A DNA stretch of 64,000 nucleotides from Raillietiella orientalis (Eukaryota): contig JAYWIR010000007.1 in the NCBI GenBank assembly GCA_036172245.1, forward strand, positions 186,001-250,000. Direction: 5' to 3'. Position 1 is the first letter of the stretch; every line of letters starts with the position of its first letter. The position numbers were made by a program, and so were the translations under genes. The notes beneath the pieces are model-generated. The model was given only the letters and a program-made list of their open reading frames with translations, did not search any database and was not told where the DNA came from. Below, piece by piece: positions 37,822 through 50,639 of the stretch.

Positions 37822-40540
37822 TTTGACTCGGTCATGCCGGGACGCTTATCTTGTTCAAAATACGAAGCAAAACTAAAAGTCTCGGAGAACATGGATCTCC
37901 AGGAAAAGACAAGAAAGGTCATAGAGAAGAACTTTATCGGGAATGACACAAACAGGCTGCCCAAAAAAAAGGGAATGGAGAGATTAGACAATAAATAAAT
38001 CACAAGAAAAGGAAGGTAGGACAAAGATTTTTCCTACATGACATTCCTTCTTTGAAAGCGGCTGTGGATCGTGTTGAGCTTTCTGACGATTTCATTTGGC
38101 AGATCAGTTAACCCTGCTGCTGCCATGCTGGCGCCTTCTCTTCGCCACGAACTTGATTCTTACACGTAGTGGGTCGTAGCTATGATGCAGCTGCTGTAGA
38201 TGGCTAAGATTGCACGTCATTCCTCATTGCGCGTTCTGTGAAGAAGCGCCTCAGCGAGAGCCCTCCAGTCTTTTGCGGTCCGCAAACCGACAAAGCGATT
38301 CTCTGCCACTAGTCCTTGAGGACACTGCACTCCAATAAAAGGTGAGTGAGCGATACCATCACCCCGCACCTGAAACAGTTCGGGGATAAAACTTTTCTGG
38401 AAACCAGGTCACTCCCATGATTGCACTGGAATCCCTAGGGCAGAAACAGCTGAGCAACTTGCTCCCAGCGAACCGGGAAAACAAAGGTGTTCCGTCCAAA
38501 AGTAAGAGACCGCGAGTTCCTAGGAGAGTTTGAGCTGTCGCCTTGCCTGATAAATCTGCTTACGGCAACACCGTACACGTGACACCCTCTTGAATGGAAA
38601 TTCATTTTTGTGCTAAGCCGATTTGGAAGCTGTAGAGCTGCACTTCTTTTTCCTAGAGGTTCATCCGCTTCACTCAAGGAAGCCGCAAGCATCGTTTCGA
38701 CCGTCACTGTAAAAATGGACAGGGTTCAAGAAAACATTCTACTCTTCTTATGCTTCTTTCCTCGTGTGACCAAGTGCTTTTCGTGTCATCGCTACGACCG
38801 CACCAAATGTTGCGCCAAGTCACTAGAGAGGAGTGAGCAAACGTCTCTGTGAGCGAACTACCACGTTGATGCACAGTGGTGCTCTGAAACGGCCTCGACA
38901 GTGCAGCTTCACCATAGCAACGGAAAAACTCAATTCGAGCTCATATTGCGTGAAGATTGGAGCGAAGAAAGAGGAAAGAACGCTGCCCAACACGACATGG
39001 TGGCGCCTGAAATCACGTCACTTGCTATTCTCCTTCTGCCGTTTGGAACCACCACCCTCAACAAATGAAACCGCCTCGTTTTCGAGGGTGACACAGCCGG
39101 ACGTACCCAATGAAATCATCACCGTTTCGGGAAGATAACCAGCAACGACTGACTCTCCTGACCACTCCGTGGAGAGTAAGATGTTCGAGAGACCACAGGG
39201 GGAACATTCTTGTCGTTTTCTAAATCTCACAAATTCTCGGCTCGAGAAGATGAACTCGAGGAACTTTCCCAGTTGGAATCATGACACCTGCCATAGCTTA
39301 TGGATTCACTTCCGCGTTCACGCTGACAACGGTTGGAAGAAAAATTGCTGCCAAGCGATGCATCCTTTGGCAACGGGGCAATATTAACTCCACCGAAGGT
39401 CAATGTCAACTGCGTTGACCTCGTGCTTTTCTACCGAACAATAGGTATCCACACAACGCAGAAGACGGTCACTTCACGGCGTGAGCATTTCTCCCCTGCA
39501 GTTGGTTCTCCAGCAGCTCGTAGCTGGCTCGTTAGCATCATGTAAGTACGAATTATGTCAAGTTGCTTCTCTTCCGTACACAAAGTGAGTAATCTAACAC
39601 TGCTGGCTGGATCGCTTTTCACTTCCTGAAAATGTCGCGAAGTGCGCACGTGGTAGAAGAAGAGGAATGCGCGACCGCCGCCGGAAATCTCATTTTGAGC
39701 GATCGCGTGACACGGCCATACGCGATGAGCACGCAGCAGGTCGCGTCGACCGCGTTCCACCAATCGCCTGCCCACCCATCCGATTCTCCCACCTACCCTG
39801 GAAGTAACGCAGGAAACGGTTTTCTTTCTGCGAGCACGAGATTGTCCGATGCTCAGTCCAAGGACTGCAGTTCGGACTCGGAAGGACGCGTCCAGATATG
39901 AGGTTTCCTGCTTCTCTATGCCATCTCCGTGCCATTCGCCGATTACATTCACCCTCTCCCCGACACCTTCGTAGGTGGTATGCCCACGGTCGGAAGTACA
40001 AGGAAAGCCAACACTCTCTCTGCCGCCTTCTTGCGTCCTCTGCTCCTTTCTCGAAAATGGTCGTTCGCCACTTATGCTCCCATCCTCGTGTTTTTCTTCC
40101 CAGCACTGCTCCGTCCTCCGCTCGAAAATCTCCTCAAAGTATGCCGCTCCCCCTAACTCAAATCAGACGTTCCTCCTGTCTCCCGTAGTGGTGAAAAAGA
40201 GCTGCAGGAGCATGCGCAATCAGCTGCAAACTGTTTCCTTTCGGTTCATTCCGAAAGTTGTCCCGGCAAACATGCCATATGGCCGTTGAAGCGTTCGTGA
40301 AGGGAGATTCACGGAATTCCCCCTATTTTTGTGGTCATCTTAGAATCAACATCAACTCCGAAAAGTGTGGTGAGAATGCCGCACACGAGATGGCTGTACT
40401 GGAGCAGCCCGGGCATTCCGGTTCGAGGCAGATGGCAGTGGGCGAGTGGCACCGCCCAGCGGGAGACCTCTCATAACCTCAACACCTCTTCTAAACGAGA
40501 AAAGCGTGAGTATCCGGTTCACCACTTGGCTGCTGATGAG
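37822..40540 (-). mobile_element. Copy of decayed LINE 11982-14700
   Basis: Offset 25840, same motifs. Confidence 0.75.
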
Positions 40541-42074
40541 TTGCTGTCGAATTGCTTTTGTGTGGTTGACCCGGTCATGGCACAACTGTGGTGCGGTGCT
40601 CGCCGCAATGTCAACTTTCGGGAGTGTGTGGATCCAAAAAGTCCACGGACGTAAGGGAAACACAGGGGAGGTTTCCAAAAGCTCTGTGGAACGGAGGAGG
40701 AACAAGGTACAAGGGAAAAACAAAACAAAAAGTGTTCCAAGATATAGCAATGAAAAAGAGAAGGCAGGTAGACAGCAAAGCCCTTCACGTTGGGTCATCT
40801 TCTTCCTCTTCTCCTTTGGGCAATGTGGAGCAGCGACTGCGGACAGCGGGCGACCCGAAATCCTGCACAAAGAGTTCCTTGGATTGTTCAGTGGGTTTCA
40901 CAACGCGGTAATTACGTACGCTGGAAAGCGTTTCTAGACTGACAAGAGGGCAACAGATTTAAATGACAGATAGGCAAGGATCTCTGTCTCTTTAGAGCTG
41001 CTGCAGATGCCTATGGCCTTCCCTTCGTTTAGTGGTAGCAGCGTTTGTACAACAAAGGTCTTCAACGTTGCAGCAGCAAGAGGAGACACGAGTTGTTCGT
41101 CATCAGGCCGGGACTTTCCCGCGCTCTTCCTTTGAGTTGCCTAAGAGAGCATCTCCGCTTACATGTCGTATGGGACCATTGTAGGTTGTTCCAACAAACT
41201 GACGAGCACACAAGCCTACAAAAGAACTATAGCTACTGTAGATGTTGCAGGAAACGTTCGATCTCCCTAATAAGCTTTTAACAACGATGTCCAAAGAAAA
41301 GGACATGTTGGCGGCTAAGGAGGCGTCTGATAAGCACGCCAAATCTGCGAATTCTCTGCCCGTCACTTCCATCTTCCCTTGTTGCCTTTCAATAGGCGGA
41401 AACTCACATTAGCGTTTAGCTGGTGATCTGTACTTACGTTTGAGCAATTCTTGCAGCCAAGCGTACGAAGATAAAGATAATCTTTAGAATTAAAGCCGAA
41501 CCTTCATTAGTGCCAGCATCAGCAGCCAAACTGCATTGTCTAAACACGTAGCACGAAACACCTTTGCTGCAAGATCATGAACCTCTCTGTGCTCCACGCG
41601 GATTTTCGTCCAGAGACCTCAGTCCATTTCATCCCCTCACAGATGGTGGAAGCAGAGAAACACATCCGACGATGAAAGCTGTCCGCAAAATTGTTCCCAA
41701 TGTTTACCGGGCAGATAAGGAGACTTGCGTTCCCGGAAAGGATGGAGAACCGACTCTGTTTTCCGTACACAGCCCAGCCATGCACCTGTAGGGCAGATGT
41801 CTCCAAACCGACGGTAAAGTTTCTTCAAGGACCTGGCCGGAGAGATCTCTAAGGCGATTCAGTTCCGCCGTCCACAACGAACCGCGCCACTAATAACACG
41901 GATGACTTCGCCAGTTTCTCCCTCATGACCTCACCTCGACGGAACAACTCGGACGACTTCACCTTCTATGCCACTGGGACTAGCACGGATAGCGCCAGGA
42001 GCAGCTGAGCGCTTCTTGCAGCGCCGGCTCTGCGGGTTAGCACCAGTTCAAAGAACCTTTTTCAGATCGGGCAA

Positions 42075-44160
42075 CCGACGCTGTCTCCTGCCTCCTGTGT
42101 CGCTCCGTCGCCTCACAATTGACGTGCCTGCCGCTGATACTGATGCGAGGAAGCGCATTGCATTTCAGATCATCAGCGCCTCAAGTTCGCCACACCCTTT
42201 TCTCTAAAGGGCGCTCTTCCTGTCGGGTTGGTTTACCAGCAGCATATGGGTTCACTCGTGGAACTCCACCATTTTCGAATGTCCACTACCCCAAGGTCTT
42301 CAATTTGATTGCAGTTCACGACAACCTGAAGTCTTCCACGGTTACCCTCCTTTCCGTTTACGCGAGCAAATGCTCTCATTTGGCCGCTGTATGTTACTTA
42401 CGGCTACCAGATGATCAGATGGACTAAAGAGGGATGGACGCACCATTTCGGAGAATCTGGCAAGGACCGTGTCCCTCGCGCGCACGATTTGCTCAGCCAA
42501 CCTGCGGATCGACTCCTTCCTCTCTCAACTGTCAACATCGTAGGTTGAAGGTTCCCTAACGGTATCGATAGGGAAGTAGCCAAGTAGGCTCATCGCTGCT
42601 TGGATCCTGCAGAGAAGCTCCCCCTTGTGCGGCGGTGGGAATCCATGCTCTATTCTTCCTGAACAGGAACTGAAGTAGCGCACTTCTAAAAATAAAAAAA
42701 AAACAAAGTTTCAATGGAAATCTCTATGTTAATTTCCATTCTCGACATGTTCATTCCGTGCGTATACGTATGGGAATAGCAGAGATAGTGTCAATCATTA
42801 CACTTGAGGGAGCATTTAGAAATTTTACACTTTGGATGAGTTTCCAAAGACGTAAGGAAACCTGCATTCCCGGGACACGTCCATGTATTCCCAATGTGTC
42901 GCTTTTTCTAGGTTTCCTTGAAGGATACTTATACCAAGATTCCCACGCATTTCGACGCGTGGAAAAGCCCGGCACCATTGCAAAGGGTGCACAGGATTAC
43001 TTTCTGGAACAGGGAAGAGATCATTTCCGTTTTAGTTTGACCCGTGGGATGCGCAGCGCTCTGCGACTGATAGTCTCGGGGAAAGAAGTCGAGATGGGAG
43101 TCGATTTGTCGGCGCTTGCTGCACGCGCTGCGAAAGGAATGTTTGATCCGTCGGGAATTGTGGTCGGGTGGCCATATTGGATCTGTGGGGAAGTGCGGCC
43201 AGGCGGCACTAAGCTGTCCGTCAGCTTCTGCGGAGCAACGGTGATCGAGGCGGCCAGTCGCTCGCGCAGTGTTCGCTCGCGCGCCACGCCCAGTACGCAA
43301 AGGCCGCCGTTCCCAGCAGCTTCGCATTTCGCCACGCACCTTCGGTACGCCTTGCGGCCGTGCCAATCCTTCGAGCCTTGAGGGAGCGGACGGAGGGTGG
43401 GCTGCGCACCGCACCCGCCGTTGTTTATTTCGAGATCGGAGAGCTGAATGTGGTCAATCAGAAATTTGCTTTCGTTCCGGGAAATTTGCTTTATTTGCTT
43501 TCCTACAAGGGAGTCCTTTGTGGGGGTCATCCGTCCGGGGAATCCATGGAGTGTCTGTCACCTTCGTTACACAGCGGTTCTCAGAAAGAGGAAAACTGGT
43601 TCTCCCAAGTTGTCTCCACGTACCCGCAGATGCCTCCAACATTCTCCTTCAATATGCAATGGTAGTGTGCTTTCTAGAGAGCACGTCTTGTGCACGGTTG
43701 GGTCATGTCTTTCATACTCTCACCGAATCAAATACTCTCGCACCATCCGTTTTCTTCTTGCAATTCTCCGAATTTGGGCTCCTTTATTTCCTCCGAAACC
43801 TTTGTTCTTTTTCGTGCACTTCAGGAACGGTCGCCGCCATCTGCGACAGCGCTTTCCTTCGTGCTGGAACAAACGCGGAACAGCTTGGCAGCAGGTTCGC
43901 ATCGGATAAAGGACGGCATTGAAGAGCACACTGCCGTGCTCCATTTCCTCAAGGCAGATCGCGTCCTTCGAGCACGAGCATCGAGGTGCTTCGGTATCGC
44001 AGATCCTGTACGATCATCTTGACCGTTCTGGAAGGAAGTAGGCCTCGTTCAAAAGAGTTCACCTCATGGTATCCGGCAGTGTCGCTATGATCGTCGGGTT
44101 CCTGCGTGCTTTCAGATGCTCTCTTGAGTGCACCCTCGGAGTGGAACAATATTGCACGTC
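42075..44160. other. 2086-bp segment present only in copy B; unidentified, possibly decayed minus-strand exons
   Basis: Absent at 16236/16240 in copy A; strong minus-strand acceptor-like TTTTTTTTTATTTTTAG near 42686-42702; no motif recognised. Confidence 0.5.
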
Positions 44161-44580
44161 GATAGTCTTCCTTCACGGTGGGATTCACTCGAGATGACCC
44201 GCAGCAGCTGAAACACTCGCTGTCTGCTTTTCTTCCTGGAGAGAAAAGGTATTTGTGCAGACCTCATTCGCCCTGTGGGCACAACGTTACATTCGAATCG
44301 TATATGTTCTTTGAGACCACAACACGCAGATGTCGATGTGAGGGGAAGGTTGTTATCGATCGGCCGTGTGCTGTCAAAGAACACTGGCACGCAGTGTTCA
44401 CGCCCCTTTTCACCTTTGGTTCCAAGCTTCTTTCTTCTTCTTCTACCTATATATTCTACATACTACCTAAATACTTCCACCTATATCGATTCGTGCAGGT
44501 CGACATACTTGCGTTTGATTGCCAATGCACGCCAGTTAACATATACCAAGTTAGATCGAGGACTTGATCGTTTGGTTAGA

Positions 44581-45703
44581 CAACCTTCCCTGGTGTTGCG
44601 CAACACCCATCAGTGCAAAAAGGCCATCCACTGAACGCGTTCAACCTCCTTTGAACAACGAATGGATGGCACCTTCATTAGGAGAAGCCCACCAACGTTC
44701 AGTCCCGGTGAACGTCGAGAGGGAAACAGGGAGCTACGATCTACCCCGATGATCTCCATGGCCCGGGAATTGCGATGCTCCGGGACCTGCTTCGCACAGA
44801 GGGGATTCTTTCAGATAAAAACACCTTTGCCGGAAAAGTTGCGCTTGCCTTGGGACTGCTGACAGTCGTCCGAGCGCTTTGTTTTAGTCCGGAAGGACAA
44901 CCCATTCAAGGGTTCTGGGCGGGACGCATAAGACGCTTCAGAGACAGGATTTCATAAACGGAGACTCTGGACGAATGCCCTGACGAACGGTTAGATGAAG
45001 CTGGCGGTATAGCAGTCTGGCATCCCGTTAACAACTGATGAGGAACACGCCGAAGTACTGTGAAAAAGCCTAATGGGAAAGGAGAGCCCGGAGCTGTTTG
45101 CAATTCCAAAGCTGTGCACACACGAAATAAATATACACATCAAAGCGATTTTGACAAAAAGAGCGCCAAACTACTCAGACGGAAGACGAGGGAACCTGTT
45201 GGACACGCGGTAATCAGCTTGAGGGTTCTGCATGAAATGGAAGGAATGAGGATAAGCATGGTCTCGTGGTGATTAAGAATGATCCCAGTTTTCACAGGAG
45301 AGCAACGAAGTTCCAGGAAGGTTATTTGGGTGCCATTGTGATGCACTCCGCATCAAACTGTCTTCCCCACATATCTGTTTTTTATGAACCTCAAGGAATT
45401 GACCCTGTGGGTTGGAGACGTGCCAGCGACGGTGTGCTACATGCAGGAGCCTAAGAAACTTAGAAAACAGAGTTTTCCTTGGGCAGGGCACGATTCCACA
45501 CAAACGCTCTAAATGAGCTTTGTTCAGTATCCCCTCGACACAAGTGATCTTTCCTACCGTTGCCATAAGATGAGGAGCTCACTGATCACATAAGATGAAA
45601 ACTGGAAGTATGAACTCCTCTCTGCAAAACGCATCTCCCTATCAGAAATCTTTTATTAATCTAATGAAAGTAACCATCTCATTTTCCTCAACGCAGAAAA
45701 AAC
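44581..45703 (+). mobile_element. Gypsy pol relic lacking the 940-bp RT core
   Basis: Matches 16660-16843 joined to 17784-18720 at 44764-44767. Confidence 0.65.
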
Positions 45704-48086
45704 ACACGCGAACGCGCAGAGAATGGGAGTTGGGCAAAGTATCGCTCAGTCAGTGAGTCCTCAACGTTGCCAACGAATTTTTCTTAGCCTCAGCTCGAAA
45801 TTCAACGAAGCAAACAAATGTGCACTCTTAAGATTTACCGCTTTCAAGTTCTTCTGGCTGTGGGACCTCGCATCCCTTGCTCAGAAGTATCAAGATGTTC
45901 ACGGCATGAAATTGCAGGCAATATACACTCTGTGGGCACCGACACCACAAAGAAGGCGCCTCGCTGATCAGCTGACATTTGGGTATTCGAAGGCTCCTTC
46001 GAGGGCGGCAGCCCCACCATTTGCACAATTTGAAAACGACCAACAATCCAAAAAAGTGTTCCAAAGTGGCTGCTTGGAAAGCACGCCGTGGAGTTCCCCA
46101 CTCGGCGCTTTCAGCGGATAAGTTGCAGTGGTGCTCCACTCACGAGCCGTACACTCAAGTACACTGCCCAGTTGAGGATTCCATCAGGTCTTCATCCTTA
46201 ATCACCATGATTTCTTCGGTGTGATTTTGCCTACAAGAAAGTTACTATGCTCGTTGCCTGTGCCTTTGGCATTCCTGGTCCGCTGACCAGGCGACAAGCA
46301 CTTGAAAACAGGCAGTGCCACTTTTGACATCAGCCGTGTGGATGCTCCCACGCATTGAGGGGTCTTCCCTTCGTGTCTCCATTCGCTCGAATTTCTCGAA
46401 ATCGGAAAATTCGGATTTCGAGGACCTCGCCGAATTCGCAAGCATCGACTGCTTGTTTCCACAAGCATTACCAAGACCGTCATGGCTTCCTCCGCCAAAG
46501 GAAATGAAGAAGGATGGACACTCTCCATTTGTGTATCTTACGCCCTATGCCCACGTGCAATTCAAATATTCTTCCGGTTGGGAAACTTTGGTGTGAATTT
46601 TTCAAAATGACGAGTGATGCAGAATACTAGTTTCGAACATGCAGTACCACACCTTCAATGCAGAGATCTCGAAGTTCCTCCGACCCTTTTCCGTTCTGGT
46701 CGCTGCTCTTCATTTCATCTTCAATTGCACCCGCTTCATGCAAACGGAAGGTAACGTCCCGTTTCCTGTTTTGCCAATCTGTCATTTAGTCAACATTTCT
46801 CATGTGTTTCGTGGAAAGAACAAACAAAGCATTTCAATATTCGATTGATTGTAGAGGAAGAAATCGCATTCCTATGAATGTCAGTGCTATAATCACAAGA
46901 AACGAACAAATGAGTTCTGTATTGCTGAAACACTTCCTGAGCTGTGTAGCAGAATGTCAGTGTCTCGCAACGTCATTAAACGAACGACACAGAACTTGCA
47001 CAAAATAGGAAGGTACTCTATTCTCTGGAGTTCAAGTTACACGCAGTTTTCAAGAACACAGTGATTTCCTTTCAAACCCTTCATTTTTTTGAACGTTTTT
47101 CATTTTTTTTCTGTTTTTTTCTTTTGTGTGTGTTTCTCTCCCATTGCCCTGTGCTGCAGAGTCGAAGCCCGCTTGTCTGGGTGCCAGTTCCCGGCAGCTT
47201 CCCGCTCCTGGTTCCGGGTCACGTGACGCAGGACCAAACGCCCGGCCACGCACGTTTCTGTTTCGTTTCCAAACCAACGAAGGCGTGACCGAGTGTCAAC
47301 CAGTGAGACCAGTGCACACACGGAGAGTTGCTTGGCAAACCGTCTCCCGTTCGCATCCCACCTTCTGTTCGACCGCAGTGCCCGTGAACACCGCTGGTGG
47401 TGTCGCCCGGGCGTTCCGCCGACCGCACCACACCGCTCCGCAATTGCTGCGACGCCTCTTCGCGGAGAAAGTGTCGAAGGAGGGCGCAGCAGTGAGCTGC
47501 GTTTGCGTCCAGGTGACCTCCCGCCATGAGGAGGACTCAGGATCGCGCAGAAACGAATCAACCACAAGCGAAGGCGAATTTCGAAATTCGGAAGCACGAT
47601 GCCCTCATGTGCCACGAGAAGTTTCCTGGGAAATCACCACCATCCGGAGACGCTCCTAGGAAGGAAGAAAGCATTCCACGACGCACCTCCCTCTTCACGC
47701 CCTCACGGCCCTTTTTTATTCCTTCCTATTCCCCTTTTCACAATTCAGAAGCCGGCCTGCGTGCCAGTGCTCACCTCAAATTGACTTTCCCATTTCTGTG
47801 GCATCTGCCATATTTCGTGGAGGAAAACACTCCTTGCAGAACCTTTATTGTGTTCATTTGTTTTGCTCTGTACCTCACGGAGTCACCGTGAAACAACCGA
47901 ATCACCAAGGTCGATCTGTGCACCAATTGAGTCAACTGAAGATTTCCAAAATCCACTCTCCATTTACGTGTGATGACTTTCTTCTCTTTCCCAGACTCAC
48001 CCCTCAAATGCAAGCTTCGCAATGAACCGGGAAGACTGAAAAATAGGTACGAACAGAGGAAATATCAGCTCGTGCTCCGTTCTGTC

Positions 48087-50607
48087 AAAGTACATAAAAG
48101 TTAGCGGCGCCATGTTGAGCAGTGCTTGCAATCCGATTGATAAATCATAAAATGGAGGTTGTGAAGCTGCACGTGGGTTCCTGGAGATGATGGGAGGTTC
48201 TTCTGTTTATGCGGTGCGCGTGGTGGTGTGAGTGGCAGGGACGATCGGAATACGCTTCTGATGAGCATATGAAAATAGGGAACCACATGGAGACCGACGC
48301 AATCGAATTGGGAGAATTGTTTGCGAACATAGCGATCGCCGGAATGAAGATGGATGAAAATTCCCAGATTCCAACGAGTGCAAGACGCACTTCCAGGGAT
48401 GCGAAAAAGCTACCAAAGACAACCCATGCCCTGAATAGGTTGCGAGACTCTTCGACCGGACTGAGTCGATGCCTGCCCTACAAGACGGCGTGATGCGCTG
48501 GTGCAGCACCGGCCCAGATCCTCCACGCTGACCCCGCTGTGCTTCTCCTGCAGCTTCTCCTTCACGCAATAAGGCAGTGCTGCAGGAGTGTCGACTGGTA
48601 AAGATCTCGACGCCTCCTGCCGTCGCGGGGAAGATGCAGCAGAAGGAAGAAGAACGTGCTGCCAGAGAAGGCCTCCTCCACAGCAGCGAAATTCTAGGAA
48701 GCGAAGAGCAAGAACGAAAGCACGAGGTGCACCCAAAGTTCGCCGTGCTGAGGAAGACACTGCTAAGAGTGAAAGAATGCGAACGACAGGTGGAAGCAAC
48801 GAAGTGCGACCGCTGCATGATGTAAGAAACGTGAAAATGGGAAGCGCCCACTCTCTTCCGTACGGGCAGTCATCCTCCATTGGGTACTGTGCTGGGAACA
48901 TCGTTTGGAGGTGAAGCGCCGGTACAGCGGGATAAGGATCGCTGGTGTTGGTCCAACGCTTACGACGTATAATACGCATAAAGTGAGACAAGGTCCACGC
49001 CGCTGCTTCCGCGAAAGGTGTCCATCGGGACTGAAAACCGAGACAACCCCGTAACAGATGGCACGGACAACTGGAAACCGAAAGCGACGTCTGGGAACAA
49101 CGCCTCGCTGAAACTACGAGACAAAGCTGTTCACCTCGGAGGGAGTGCAGGGACTCCCGGAAAATCCGAACGACCTTTTCCGTGGCTGCAAAAGTGAAAA
49201 TCGCTGCCTGAAAAATCAATGGATTTCGGGACCCAGGAAAGAAAGAAGACGCATCTAACGGACCATCAACATGTCGTGTATTCATCGAGGAACCTACGAA
49301 AGGGGCCACAGATTCATATTGCAGGACTGGCGACGAGTGTACGCCCACGCCAGAAAAGACGAAGGCGGAGGCGAACTTCGTGACGAGCGAAACCGTGCTC
49401 TCCGTCGCCCAGCCCGATCATGGGGTTTCGAATTTCGCGGTCCTCACAGAAGGAACGAACGATGAGCGAGGGGACTGCATTGCCATCCGCGCAGCATCCA
49501 CGCCTCCATCACATGTGTACATCGTGCAGCGACGAGGGTGATTTCAACTGTTGAAAGATCCCCGTCCTGTCCAGTGGCGCCCGACGGAGGACTCGCCAAG
49601 AAATCAACAGAAAACCCGTAAAATCCCAGGAACGTGTGGTTACAAGCGAGGCACAATTCGATCGATCACATCCTTCACTGAAAATCAATCGACGACCTCA
49701 TGCGGAAAACTGCGGATACGCAGACTCTTCTGCTGGATGCCTGCACATTGCAGGCTGTCTGTCTGCTTCCTATTCTGCACATTGATCTTAGAAAAAAGGC
49801 CGAGAAGCGTTGCCCCTGAAATCCCAAGGAATGCAACCGGTGCGAGCCATGCTGCAGACGGAGCTCTTATTGAAAGAGTTTCCTGGGACACCTCCTCCGC
49901 CGTTGCCCGCATGGATGCTCCTCCTTGCCGAATACGCCCTTCGGCTTCCACTCCTACTGCTGCGGAAGAACGCGACAACAGATTAGAAAGCAGCAACCTC
50001 CACCACGTGCTTGCCTTCTACACTCTACCACGACGCGCTGTACGCGAAAGTTCCATCTACTCAATGCACACAGAATTGATGAATTGGATGTAAGCAATTT
50101 CCTCATTCCTTGATCGTATCGATTTCCATGGCCATTGGCTACGTTTGAGAGTCGCTACGGTCACAACCCAGCAACAAATGTGATTGGAATGGCGAACGTC
50201 ACAAACGCATACGATTATGAGCAGCTCATATGACGGGGGTAACGCGACCTTACGTTTCGTAAGGAATACGCTCCACGAAAATACCTCTTCCATACTCCAT
50301 GACATGTGAATATCCATTGTGTAGCAGCATTCAATGGAACGTACACTGTTCTTCTACAGACCGATCGTGTGGACGCGATGTAAGCGTGGCTCCGTGTTCA
50401 CGTGAACGAACATTGCCTCCGGACATGTATGGTATGAGAAAACCAGTGATCAGCGCAAACAAGTGTCCCGAAGGAAAAGCGAAAGCAAGCAACCAAGGGA
50501 AGCAAGTGATGAAGAAATCAAGCCAGGGAGCAAAGATAAGAAGCTCAGCCTCGTAGGGAACGCTCTCCAGGGAAAGTGTGCATTCGGGGGGCGTTCCTTG
50601 CGTCACG
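48087..50607 (+). mobile_element. Copy of the Copia relic
   Basis: Offset 26987; REASDEEIKPGSKDKKLSLV. Confidence 0.6.
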
Positions 50608-50639
50608 ACCGTCATGCTACGAATCGAAAGCTCGTCGGA

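Noticed and set aside
48410..49348. 312-aa minus-strand ORF
   Set aside because: Antisense to the Copia relic and broken by a stop in copy A
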